Shown: in pieces, positions 13,401 through 25,811 of the stretch | Position numbering within the stretch: the stretch's first letter is position 1 | Layout of the letters: each line of letters starts with the position of its first letter | Source of the DNA: Antedon mediterranea | Taxonomy: Eukaryota; Animalia; Echinodermata | Assembly: GCF_964355755.1 (NCBI RefSeq) | Contig: NC_092678.1 | Coordinates: forward strand, 11,406,352 to 11,470,351 | Reading direction: 5' to 3' | DNA: 64,000 nucleotides | The notes under the pieces: generated by a model | Database searches by the model: none | Told to the model about the DNA's origin: nothing | Seen by the model: the letters and a program-made list of their open reading frames with translations, nothing else | Made by a program: the position numbers and the translations under genes

Positions 13401-16400
13401 AACACATCAGGCAATGAACATTAATTCTAAACTGCCCGGTGATATACTGAAATTTAATTAATTAATTTGAAACGATAAAGATGAGGAAATCTGTGAGAAT
13501 GAGAAAAAGTCGCCCCAACCGAGACTCAAACTCGGACCATCTGCTTGATATGCAGATGTCCTAACCATTAGACCACTGGAGCTTTCATGGTATTGTTCAA
13601 ACTCGATAGGATAGCGACTCTTTAACATTCTCGGCGTGGTACGGTGGAACAGCACTAGTCCTCAGTTGTACGCACGCGCACCAGAGATCAAATTGATACG
13701 CCCTCATCTTTCAGTATTTTTATTCACGAGGCGGGATCTCCAAAGAGATACTTTTACATAAACACATCAGGCAATGAACATTAATTCTAAACCGCCCGGT
13801 GATATACTGAAATTTAATTAATTAATTTGAAACGATATATATATATATATGTATAGGATAATATTAGGCTCCTCTATTTTCTGCTACAATATAAATTATA
13901 CATATATAGTATGTTGTTTTGTAGAGCACTCTTCAGTTCGAAACAGTGCATTTTTGTTGTGAATACTATTAGCATTTTGCAAAGCACGCTTGTTGAGCTT
14001 GTGCACTCTTTGTGTTCATAACCAGTGTACCATGTCCTGCATACCTGGCTCAGCCTATATATTGTGCCAGTTCTGCGGTACATTTCATTTCGAAACCTGA
14101 GCTGCACTGACAAGATCTAATAAGATTGAAACAGTACTGTCTGCAGATTGGATATATATAGGTATATATACATTGTTGTTAAATTAAGCTATTGTGATTA
14201 TATTACTGTGTTTTTTCATGATTTAATTATTTTTGTAAATAAATGAAACTTAATATTTAAGACATTTATTTCGACCAAAATCAGCAAGTTAAGTTAAATT
14301 TTTGTATCATATTTTCAATCAAATAGTTTAATAAACTTTGAAAATAATAAATGACAACCAATGTTGATAATGCGTCTTTGTGAATAACTCTAGCACAAAG
14401 TCATAAAACAAAACAATCGTACACTGGAATAAAGAAGACCATAGAGGTGAAGATTTAAAGCAAAAGCAATCATGACTCAATAATGCAATATTCCATCAAT
14501 GTACAGGCCCGTAGCCAGGGGGGGTTTTTATGGTTCGGGCGAACCCCCCCTTTATAGCGAACCCCCCTTAACCAACTGCGAACCCCCATCCCCGACATGC
14601 CCAATACCTCACCCTCATCGCCAAAAATCCTCCAAATACGTGCCCCACAGTACAGAAAGTTGTTTGTAAATTGAAAAATTCGTAAACTTGTTCGTGAACC
14701 TTCTTCTCTGTATGAGCGTCAACTAGTGATACGTGTCTGTAAATTTCTAAAAGCTGCAAATGAGTTGCCGATTTTAACCTGAAAAATAAATGTTTGGTCC
14801 CTGCATGTAACATGATATTGACGCGTCTCATAGCGAGCTGGCGCACGAACGATTCGTACAAAGGACACCGCCAGACAACTGCGTACCTATAATTGTTTAG
14901 ATCACTGGCAGTCAGGCAGCATGCATAAAGTATATAGCCTTCCGACGTACATCAGTATTTATGTGTGACTATGAAGTATAATGTATCATAGAGGATTATA
15001 GTGAATATTAATATTTTACACTATAATATCTATGGTATCAAGTACTGTAGTTCACATTATGGCATCCGATTATTTTTTTCTAGACCACGCCGACGCAATA
15101 CGTACTAAAATGTATCAATATCACCTATTTACATATTTATATTCCTCAACAAATTGCTGTAAATAAATATTATAGATAGAGCTAGCAAATAGCATTTGCC
15201 TTCACCCAGTGTGCTTTTTTCGGGGCTGTAGATATACGTTCGCATTGAACTTGAACGCAAAACAAAATACGAAGTAAATGATGAAACAATCGGCGGTTCC
15301 GCACAGAGCACGCGCATCTAGCATACGGCAACAAATAGTTATCGTCATTTAAATTATCGACGTGTTTGAGGAGGAGGAAAAGGTACGATCTTTTTGCTCA
15401 TTGGTTATATAGCATGCTGCACGAGAGTGTCTTTTCCGGCCATCTAGGGGTGTCATTTAACAAAATTCACTTCGCATCAGGCTGGGGGAGGGGGGGTGGG
15501 GTTGACCCAAATATTTAGTGTCCGAACCCCCCCTTGACAGATCCTGGCTACGGCCCTGATGTACAAAGTTTTAAAATGACTGACAGCGCAAAAGAACTTG
15601 AAAACTCCTATGAATCACTTAAACAGAAGACACCTATACACCACTAAACAAAACTTTGAACACTTAAAAGACATGCTAAAACATGGATGAAGTAATACAA
15701 TTTCTATTTAAAATTGGCAAAACGAAGCTATAAACAAGAAATATTTCTTACAAAAAATGCTGCTCGCTTGTTGACAGTTTAAAAGATATATTGTCTCCCT
15801 AAACATTTTTTTTTTTAAATTTGCTTTTGAATGTGTCATTTTTATTGTCACATAATAGTTAGTAATTCACTTTAACCGAAAATGGATCAGAAAAAAAATT
15901 TTTTTTACCTGTAAAAAATTTAATTTAAAGCAAAAAATACCTGTCAGACAATGGTTTTTGGTTAAAACATTTCTTTTTTTATAATTGAAATAATTTTTTT
16001 TTTAAATTATTAATTATAGAAGTGATCATAACTTAAAACTGCAAAATTACCTACTTATATAGTCTGATTTATTAATATTAATTATTTATGTTTTTGGGGG
16101 ACAATACATCTTAAATTATTGTTTTTTCTTCAGTCAGTAAACATTTTGTGTAACTTAAACATATAGTCTAGTTTTACTATAGAACAAAAATATAATCATA
16201 AACTAAACTTGTAATTTGAGCATGACCCGTCCGAGATACAAAATTCAAAAACTGTCAGCCTCTAGAACTATAGCTTCCGCTTGATATAGCTTCTGAATGA
16301 GTAGTCCTCTGGGAAATAGCTGCCTAAAGCCGCGGTGCAAAAAATGCTGCTTGCACACAGTTGAATAAACTTTTTTGGAACTAGTAGTGGACTACTGTCA

Positions 16401-18805
16401 ATGTACTGTATGTGATTCACCTTTAAAATAAATTCTTAATTTATTCAGATACACTTGAAATTTCATCTGGTGACCAAATCCTTTGCACATCAGTGACCTA
16501 TACAGAAGATGGTAAGATAACTACTGTATTTTAAAATGTTAGTAGAATATTAAACTGTGCTTACTACTTTCACCGCCAACACACCTTGACTGCCAAAGAT
16601 CTTTTATATTGTGTTCTGGCAAACTTTTAATTGGTTTGCTGATTTAATGCCAGGTACCTGTGATTCAGGTTGATTATTTCACTGTGTAAGTTTGACTTTT
16701 CGGTTAAAAACATTCATTTTTAGATGAATTTTCTCTGTCAAGTTATCATTCCTTTATTTTTTTTGAATAAATAGTCTGTTCAGTGTTATAGTTCTAGTCA
16801 TGATATAATCAATATTATTAAGTAGTTTGGAGGTTTTCGCAAGGTTTTTGCAGTTTAGCAATACCCAAGGTTGTGACGGGTATTATAATAAAAAATGATC
16901 GACGATAAAAAGATAAATATGCATTTTTATACCTAAATCAAAAGAATTTAAAAAAGTTTTTATCCTAGAACTATAGGATTATCATCTATTCTGCTTTTAA
17001 TGAAAATAATTTTACCACACATCCAATCAAATGATGTCATGATTAGTAAGCACAATAATATCGTTACAATACAACGATTTTATTTATCATGACATCATTT
17101 AATTGGATTTTCAAAAATATTATTTTTATCAAATACAGCATACATAATCATCATAACTATCATTATCCTATAGTTCTAGAACGAAAACAACTGTTCTAAG
17201 TTCGGTCACAGTGCATATCGACCATCAGTCATTTCGGCCGCCGGTTATGGAACACCCAAAATCATGAAACGCCAAAAGGACAAAATATGTATTGTTCATT
17301 TCGGCCGCCAGAATCGTCAAAAATGTTGTTGCCATTGTCAAAAGGGTGTATAAATGTGTCTATTGCCTAAATAGACGTGCATATTCAAAAAGCAAGCAAT
17401 CAACAAAAACAATCATACTTTTAGATTTGCATGGAGTTGCGCTATCTATATTTTACTATCATTCGCCGGCTTCTTCCTGAACCCTACAAACCCCCCCCCC
17501 CCCCCCCCCACAACAACCACTGTGAAATAAAGTAAGTCGTGTAGAAATACTGTACTTTAGTTAAAACTACTAAACTAGGCCTAATCCCTTCATTAGTCAT
17601 ACATCGGCTGTGTGATTTACACACGTCTATTTATTGGCACATGTATACACCCTCTTTGACAATTAAGGTGTGCCATACGTTACTAATAATATTGACGATT
17701 CTCACGGCCGAAATGAACAATACATATTTTGTCTTTTTTGTCGTTTCATGATTTTGGGCGTTCCATATCCGGCAGCCGAAATGACTGGTGGCCGAAATGA
17801 TCAGACACCCTAATTCTTTTCGTTTTATCCAAGAAAAATGTATGTTTATTTATTTATCATTAAATGGGCCTTTAAGGTCTGAAGATATTATAAAATTCAG
17901 TTATTCATTGAAATTTTATACAATAGACTTAAATTATTCAGGCATAATACATTATTCTAGTACTGTCCAGCAGTTTGAAGAACCACTGAGTTTACAAAAT
18001 AATATTTGTTTTAATGTTTCCAGAAAAAGATTTTGGTAATTCTGCAAAATATCATTGCAGTGATGAGGTGTTAGAAAATCGGAGGTTAATAAAAGCTATA
18101 CAGAAACAACAGAAAGAGATGTTAAAGAGACAAGAAAAAATGCAGTCAACACTAGATGCCATCTTAATGGCAGTGAACAACACTTCTTCAGTCACTTCAG
18201 TTCCTATTGCACACCTCCCTAACTGTCAAGGACATTTTTTTTCTGATCACACAAAGTCAAATCAGGCAGGTGCCTATAAGTCTGCTACCACATCATCAAT
18301 GCTTGTTACTACTTCTGACAAATCCAACTATCAAGTAGTAAACGATCCTTCTGGTGCCACACCATCAATACAGATATCTGCTTCTAACCATAATCGTGGA
18401 AAGATACCTTTGTCTTTTGACCTGACACCAGTTGTGATACATGCGGATGAAGAAGGATTTATAGAACTTGGAAGCAAAGACATAAAACCACCATTGTTGT
18501 TTTCTTTCGATCTTTACACTCGACTTTTGAGATCAAATCGAAAGCCAACGTTATTAACAAAAGCTCTCATGGGTGAATTATTCACCAAGGAAGAAATGGC
18601 TGTCAGTAACATGGGTGGTAAGAAAGGAAAGAAAGCTTTAGATAGTAGAAAGATCACAGCAATTTTTATGCAAATGGACATTCAGTTTAGTGCAGCTGGC
18701 ATTCAGTTAAATGCTAAAGAAATTAAAAATGCTATAAATGATAAGTGTCGCTATGTTGGAAGAACTATGCCGTTAAGTATTGGCAGTGTAGTTATAAATG
18801 AATAA
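7405..18805 (+). CDS. Spliced coiled-coil + C-terminal BEN-domain protein (BEND5/BEND6-like architecture). Predicted coding exons 7405-7447 (exon starts 7364), 10899-11012, 16449-16511, 18024-18805; ~333 aa from ATG 7405
   Basis: AG/GT-bounded, phase-1, open exons join in frame (MSVRLDDPEIKVEK-DEIPMDED..-DTLEISSGD..-EKDFGN..). The last exon has a coiled coil (ENRRLIKAIQKQQKEMLKRQEKMQSTLDAIL) and a BEN-like motif (LTKALMGELFTKEEMAVSNMGGKKGKKALDSRKITAI..IKNAINDKCR). AATAAA near 18839 and 18879. The true start may lie upstream. Confidence 0.75.
7490..7708. repeat. Degenerate ctacattagctg tandem array ending ..gttgtaaca; probably a transposon subterminal array
   Basis: Repeated ctacattagctg(g) units. 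Confidence 0.6.
8889..9207 (-). mobile_element. tRNA-derived SINE with Deu/Nin-type core
   Basis: Minus strand: A box TGGCCGAGCGG, B box GGTTCGAGGC, core GGATAAGGACTATAAACCGTAGGTCC..GCACTTTAAAGAACC..GAGTAGGGGGTTACCCCGGTG, (TTCAA)n tail. Confidence 0.8.
11605..11795. repeat. Degenerate ~21-bp minisatellite (gagcgatgt..aac)
   Basis: About 9 units visible. Confidence 0.75.
11860..13020 (-). pseudogene. Decayed non-LTR reverse transcriptase (RTE-X-like), interrupted at ~12240-12660; probably continues upstream at ~13860-14120
   Basis: Motifs NYRPI, IISKIFESIL, QFAFKKDHSTDTCIYVLKQVIDYY, LQGLVDTCEEYA; frameshifted. Confidence 0.75.
13021..13395 (+). mobile_element. Hammerhead-containing 237-nt tandem retroelement (retrozyme / Penelope pLTR-like), ~1.6 copies
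   Basis: 13021-13155 is repeated at 13258-13395; hammerhead core at the end of the first unit. Confidence 0.7.
13224..13260 (+). ncRNA. Minimal type I hammerhead ribozyme
   Basis: GCA-CTGATGA-A-GGGC-tagtgtt-GCCC-GAAA-GC-TC^TGC: both conserved core boxes, 4-bp helix II, palindromic AGCT helix III, helix I GCA/TGC; predicted cleavage after C13257. Confidence 0.8.
13397..13836 (-). mobile_element. ~360-nt tRNA-containing unit with ~80-bp direct terminal repeats, bounded by (TA)n
   Basis: ataaacacatcaggcaatg..aatttgaaacgata at ~13397-13476 and ~13757-13836; (TA)n on both sides. Confidence 0.65.
13511..13582 (-). tRNA. tRNA-like gene or pseudogene, anticodon ATC (Asp-like)
   Basis: Acceptor GCTCCAG/TTGGGGC, D stem GTCT/GGAC, anticodon stem TCTGC/GCAGA with loop ATATCAA, T stem CCGAG/CTCGG with loop TTTGAGT; followed by a TTTTT Pol III terminator. 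Confidence 0.65.
14504..15558. mobile_element. Non-autonomous CAG..CTG DNA transposon with 5-bp TSD ATGTA (hAT5-like)
   Basis: TIR caggcccgtagccagg / cctggctacggccctg; atgta on both flanks. Confidence 0.85.
15783..16111. mobile_element. Short Kolobok-like MITE
   Basis: ttaa-aagatatattgtctccc .. gggggacaatacatc-ttaa; same TIR as 34118-36714. Confidence 0.6.
17205..17810. mobile_element. Foldback MITE with long inverted arms
   Basis: cagtcatttcggccgccgg..tgttcatttcggccg mirrored by cggccgaaatgaaca..gccgaaatgactg. Confidence 0.8.
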
Positions 18806-20289
18806 TATGCAGTATTACATTTTAGTCATGTTACTGTGAATAAATCTTTCTTTCATTTTGTATGTTTTAAACCTTTCCAATAAACTTAGTTTGACCAATG
18901 TTTTGTGCCTTCAAACAATAAACATTACAAAAAATAAATTCAGTAAGTTTTAAACAGATTTTCCACATTTTATTAATCTAAATGAGTCTTACAAGATCTT
19001 TGAGATTAATCAGTTTCTTTTATTCAGTGTATGCTACAGTTTTACACAAAACAAAGTGTTTTGTATAATATCACACTGGCTATCATCAAAACCCACCACT
19101 TGCATCTTGAATTGGATTTGTAGTCGACACACTCTACAAGTTGGTTTTCAGTTGTATGCAATATAATATTATATATTGTACAAAAAATAACAAAAAAGAT
19201 AATAAATTACAGCCCCACCCCCCTGGTCATTGATTGGAACCATTGTTTATAAAACGAAATTCCAAAAGACAAGGATATACTGTATGTAGAGGTGTTTAAA
19301 TATATTTAATATATTTTTTAAATATTAGAAGTAGCTGAGATTAAACACAATTTCAATATAGCTACCGTCTATCTTTTTATGAGTCTAAGCAATTTTGTTT
19401 TTTTACTGTAAATAAAAAATACAATGGTACTATGTGTTTTTGCCTAACCTACCATTTTGTGAAGTATTTGCTCTCATATTTGAGGCTTCTAATCATCCCA
19501 TAGATGTTGTACTACTGTGTAGACTTTAATCATATATACCTGTAGTAAGTTGTATTAAACATAATAAAACACAGTGGATTTAATTATGGTAAATTGTTTT
19601 ATTGGTTATAAAATATCCACAACAAAGTGTAATTGTCTTGTTTCTCTTATATTATTGTTCTGTCTCTCTCCCCATTTTGGGTAAACATAACATTTCATAA
19701 CTTTGCCAGCATATGGACATTTACGTAAAGGTGTGCACCTCCTATTTTTTACAGACATCATAGTTGCGCAACGTGACTTGCGCGTAATTTTTTATGGACA
19801 CAATTTAAGTCATATCAAGGGCAAACTTTCTGTGAATTAAAAATGGAATGTTTCACAAAAAGTTACACGGGCACGCGCATAAAAAATGTTAAAATGCGCA
19901 AAACTAATTTCTTCAACTTTCTACGTTGATCCGTATAGTAATTGACATAGACCAAAAAAGGCTTAGACGTGACCTACAAGAATAAAGAATGTATTTTTGT
20001 GTAAGGATTATTGTTTAATTTTGCTGACTTATTACTCGGACTGTGTCATACCTAACATACACACGTCACACAGACTACTAGAATAGACATGGGCTTTAAA
20101 GACTAATAATTAGGCCTAATAGTATTAATAGAAACTATAATTTTAACACGTAATACTTTAGCAATAAATTCTATTAAAAACACCATAAACTAAAGGCTGA
20201 TTATTTCGACAATCCACACAAAACGCCGCTATTCTTTTATGAAATCGCACGCCGCAACCACAGGAAGCCCTCCCCCCCCCCCCCCCCCC

Positions 20290-21572
20290 CCCGGACAACT
20301 ACCCTCTTAGGACAATTACCCTAGGACAATTACCCCCTAGGACAACTACCCCCTAGGACAATTACCCTCTAGCTACCCACTAGGAAAATTACAATTGGCC
20401 CATTGGACAACTACGATTCTTTTGGTGCAAATTGTATTATATTGTAAAATTAAATTGTGTGTGACGAGGGGACTATGAGGGCGTTGTACTATACATTAAC
20501 AATATTTGAGAGGTTGTAGAATACGAATTGGAAAAAATGAAATAAGTAGAAATGTTATAAACACATCATGGATATAATTATTCTTTAGGTTCTAAAAACG
20601 TTTATTGTCCTATTTTCTCAGGAGTGGGGAGAAAATGTAAAAAACAAATCAATTAAAGTTTTTCTATGAAGTAGTAACAGCCAAACCAATATTCCATTAT
20701 TACTGGACTTGTAGTAGTAAACGTATAATGTCATTAAACAGCATGACATTAAGCTTTTACAGTAAAACATTTGTTTTGAAAAAGAAAAAAGAGAACAAAA
20801 TCGGGTCAATTTTATTGATATTAAGGGGCTGCTCCAGTCCCACTATCTTACAACTACCCTCTAGTCCAACTGCTATGTCCCTAGGACAACTACCCCCCTA
20901 GAACAACAACACTCTCTGAACAACCACACCTATACACCTTAGGTTATAATTACGATCATGTAAAACTTAGGGAGAGAGATTGATCTTAAATGAAAAGCTG
21001 TTTGATTGACTGGTGCAGCTAGGTAAACTGTATGTTCCTAGATCTATATACGGCATCTTCATGTCACACAAGAATAAAATTGGAATACGTTTTAATAATT
21101 TGATCGATTCTCGTTTAATGTAAAATCATGGAGCTATAAAATTCAAATTTTTAGCTCCATGGTAAAATAACTGCTGACGATACGCATATTAAAAAATTCA
21201 AAAGCTTTCATTTAAGATCAATCTCTTTCCCTATGTTTTGAAGTTCAGTAAGTTTTACAAGACCGTAATTATAACCTAAGGTGTATGTGTCATGGTATAG
21301 GTGTGGTTGTTCAGAGGGTGTTGTTGTCCTGGGGCATGGCAGTTGGACTAGTAGTTGTCCTAGGAGGGTAGTTGTCCTAGGAGGGTAGTTGTCCTAGGAG
21401 GGTAGTTGTCCTAGGGGTAGTTTTTCTAGGGAGTAGTTGTCCTAGGGGGTAGTTGTCCTAGGGGGTAGTTGTCCGGGTGGGAGTTGTCCTAAGGGTAGTT
21501 GTCCTAGAGGGTAATTGTCCCAGGGGGTCATTGTCCGGGTGGTAATTGTACAGGGGGTAGTTGTCCGGATAC
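20290..21572. mobile_element. Foldback element with (ggacaactacccc)n terminal arrays, inserted in a copy of the 1596-3116 family
   Basis: ggacaactaccc arrays on the left, gggtagttgtcc arrays on the right; inner inverted arms ~20845-21000 / ~21205-21350. Confidence 0.8.
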
Positions 21573-22796
21573 TTCTTGTTGCTATACGCTTGGGTGCACA
21601 CGGAACAAGAAAATTTAACTGATGAATAATTCAGGTTTATTTTGTGACGTTTCATGAGGGGTCCTCAATGTACGTACGAAAAAAAAAAAAATCGCGGGCT
21701 GGACCTATAATTTCGTTTCATATTTCAATGTTTTGCAGGGACCTAGCAGCTCTATTTTTGACAATTTTCTTAGCTCCACCCAACCATCCATGGCGGGCTG
21801 GTTCTGTATAGACTTATAATTTCGTTTCATTTATCAATAAGGGCCTATATAAGTGCAATTTCCTGGTACCTAGCAGGTCTATTTTTCACAATTTTCTAAG
21901 CAGCTCAAGCCTAATGGTACTGCTGGTCCTGGAGACTTAAATATTTTGTTTATTTTTTTCGAAATACTATAATCCAGTATCCGGGGACCTAACAACTCTA
22001 TTTTGTTTAACTGCTCCATCCCAACCTCGGTGGGCTGGTTCTCTGATAGACTTGTAATTTTATTTCATACCAATGTATAATTGCAATTTCCGTGGACCTA
22101 GCAGGCTCTATTTTTCAAAATGTTCTTACAGTGTTAGTCTCGCGCATTTACAATTTTCGCACCCCCAGACAGCAACCTGCCTACGCCTCTGCGATTATAA
22201 CGATATACCTCTTGGCCCGTGGGTAGGTTTTACGTTCGCGTATATTTTCTATGATACTATTCATATATTTTATTTATGTACCATACAAAATGGAAAAAGT
22301 TGGCTATAGGCCTACCCTAAATCTGATTAAAACGGCCTCAAATTACGCTATAACATGCCCCACCAGGGGCCCTTGGCGGCCCCCTTGCCTCTAGCCTAGT
22401 GATGCTCGCTTCACTCGCATAGCCCCCCCTGTCGGGGAATTTATCCCCCGCGTCGGAAATATCCTGGCGCCACCGCTGCATGCAACATATCTAAAATATG
22501 TTTCAATGACCATGAATACTTATGTTTTGATAGTTTGCCTATATGTGACTTCTGCAACAAATGAAATGTGATCTTCCAATTTATTGGCCGCCATCTTAAA
22601 AAATATATTACGACCAGAGTGGCTCCTAGGCAAAAATCAATTGGTAGATCCCAACGAAGCTCCATGCCAAATTTGGCAATAGGGTTGGTGAAATCTGTCC
22701 ATAATAGGTTACTTTTCTGTCCATAATAGGGGACTTTCTGTCCATAATAGGGACTAGAGGGCGCTGTTGTTTGTCCATAATAGGTAACTTTCATAA

Positions 22797-25700
22797 TAGT
22801 CCAGTCCCTAAGGGGAGAAAAAGGGGTGGGATGTTACCAGACTGGATACAAATTATTCAATATAGCAGTTTGGTAAAGTATAGTGTGGAGATGCCAAAAC
22901 AAAGTTACTGGAAATCTGATTTGACCTCTGTGACCTTTGACCTCAATTGTTATATTTTTCTATTATATAACTAAAAATCGGCATATCTTGACAACTCATG
23001 GACATTTTACATTAATTTTGTTGTCAAAATACTTGGAAGATATATATTTATATTCGCTACAATGAAAAAAACTGTACAAAAATGGCCGCAAAGGCTTTAT
23101 TTTTCAGTTTGACCTTTGACCTTGATCGCCTAATATCTCAATAACGCGCTATCTCAGAGATTTGAGAATGGCCTCAAAATGTTAAGAAAATAAATCTAAT
23201 ATTTAGTCTAATAGAAACTTTTAAAAAAAAATGAGCATAAATTAGGCTTTTTTTACCCTTGACCTCAATGTTTGAATATGTCGATATCTCGGTAACTATT
23301 TGTCCTAAAAAGTTCAGTTTGGTGTCAAATTGTTCAGAATATACACGTTTATATTTGCTCTAACAAAATATTTTGTCAGAATTCAACTGGAAATGTCAAT
23401 TTTAGCTATGACCCATCGTTTTGCATATATTTAGCAACTAATAATCTATAAAAAGACCGCGAGAGAGGGGAGGTGGTTGGGGTGGATGGAGAGACACATA
23501 TTTTTTTACATGTTTGTTACACAAATGTTAAACTTTGTCTACACTATCAAACTTTATGTGACAAGAAAATGTGATGTGCCCATATATGGACACGAGGACA
23601 TCATATCACTATATACCATATTCGGGGACATCACATCTTTTTTGTTAAACTAGTTTGATAGTGTAGACAAACATATAACACAAATATGTCTCTCCATCCA
23701 CCACAACCACCTCCCCCTCTCTCGCTTTTCCAATGCTACTGCATGCATCTATACACATCAAAATGGCCGGAATTGTACTGGAAAGTTTTAAGCTACATTT
23801 GAAAATAAGTCCCAGAGGATGGGTGTATTGTAATGTTATCAGAATTATGGCATTTGTTTGTTACTGGAAAGTTTCAAAACTACATTCGAATTATTTGCTA
23901 ATGATATCACATGCTATAATTATTAATTAATAAAATTGTATATATAATTATTGTCCCCTGACAAACTAATTTTTACAAAAATTGGTTGAATATGCAATTT
24001 TAATGGCACACAATAGTTATTCACTTTCACTAAAAATTGGATCGAAAAAAAAATTTAATCCAAAGCAAAACAAAGGCTGGAAGTCAATAAGTGATATTTA
24101 CTCTATTTTTTAGATTAGCTCTTTGATTAAACACCTCTTCCAATGCAGTGAAGATCTTAAGTGTCTCCTTGTCTTACTAATCTTCCTTAACTTCTCTTTG
24201 TTGAGCGATCGTAATCATTCATCATAATATTATTTTGTTGAGGTATAATAATTCCCTCTAATATGGTAATGCCTGTTTTATTGAGTCAAATGCTTTCTGA
24301 TAATCTCTAAATCAAAGATTTAGTGATATTCATTTTATTTTAATTTTAATTGATTGATAAACTTTATAAGATGGTCCTACTCTATGAAGCCTTATATCTT
24401 GGTTTATTTACTTCTAGTCGGTCTCTGATTTTTTTGGATTATTTTTGTTGGTAATGGTTGAAGCCAGTTTTGTCATATTTTTGTGGATTAAAGTATATAT
24501 CATTGCTTCTTTTCATTTCTTCTGGTTTCTAAGATTTTGTTTTATAGTGTTATGAGCTGGATGTGTCATTGCCTCATGTTCATCATCAGTGTTGGAGCTT
24601 TGTTTTTTTTTGGCATTTGCCTTAAAGCCTCTTTCTCTACAAGAGTAGATAATATAGGTAGTATAGGTAATATTTTTTACTGCTCACTGGTTCGTTTTCC
24701 TTTTATATTCCACTACAGTATGTTCTTGGAAAGAAATCAGCTTTGTAATTAATTTGTCTTTGTTCCTTTTCAGATTTCAAATTTTTAAGCATACGGTATA
24801 TGTTTTAATTTTTTACTCTTTCCTACGCTTTTTCCTCACTGTTTTCAACATTTCATTTTTTTCAGAATACTTCAAGCAATTAATTGGTAATTAGGTCATA
24901 TGTTTTATGAGTATAAAAACGCATTGGTTAATTCTTCTTTTCTTTCTTTAAGATCTTGATTTTCTTTCTTTTTATAAAATAAATAAAAATAGATTAAGTT
25001 GATCTAATTTTATGTTGATATTAAGTGTTGCTCTTACGGTGTAGGCCTACCATGCGATGGAATTATATATTGAAATTAAATGAAAATTTAAGTTTAAAGA
25101 AAATTGTAAAAGGTAAACAAACTAGGATATTGAATGAAGTTCTGGTCCATTAAATCTATATTTTGGGTATATAAGTATGACACACGCACGCTTAACAGTA
25201 TTACCTGGTCATACCTCAAACTGCGATAACTGGCATTTCCAGTAATAGCATGATAACATCTTCTATTAGAGGTAATATAAATGTTTACGTTCTGAACAAT
25301 TTGACACCAAACTGAACTTTTTATGATATTTGGTTACAGAGATACAGACTTATTCAAACAGTAAAGGTCAAAGGTCAGTAAATGACATTTCCTGTGAATT
25401 TGGAAGAACATGTTTAATTAGAGTATATATAAATATGTATGCTCTTAACAATTTGAAACAAATTTCAAGAAAGTTTGACCAGTAGTTATTGAGATATAGT
25501 AAGCCGAGGTCAAAGGTCAAAACATTCAGAAATTACATTTCCAGTTGTTTTTTTGAAAAAAGTTTTATTAGAGCGAATATAAATATGTACCCTCTGATCT
25601 ATTTGACACCAATGTCATTTCAATTGTCCAACCCGTTGCCGAGATATGGCTGTTTAGATAGAAATATAAAAATTGAGGTCAGAGGTCACAGAGGTCAAAT

Positions 25701-25811
25701 CAGATTTCCAGTAACTTTGTTTTGGTATCTCCATATCATGTTCTATCAACATGCCAAAGGGCACACTTGTATCCACTATGGTAACATCATTTCCCCTTAG
25801 GGACCGGACTA
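22797..25811. mobile_element. Academ-like non-autonomous element (TAG..CTA termini, long imperfect TIRs, 3-bp TSD TAA)
   Basis: tagtccagtccctaagggga.. / ..tccccttagggaccggacta; taa on both flanks; inverted arms of ~550 bp. Confidence 0.65.
23458..23725. mobile_element. Palindromic MITE (possibly two nested)
   Basis: gagagaggggaggtggttg..ggatggagagaca mirrored at 23687-23725; inner tttgtctacactatcaaact / agtttgatagtgtagacaaa. Confidence 0.75.

Noticed and set aside
18014-18023. ORF-track start (MFP) for a single-exon 263-aa protein
   Set aside because: The ATG lies in the acceptor region just before cag (18021-18023); upstream in-phase exons give a better model
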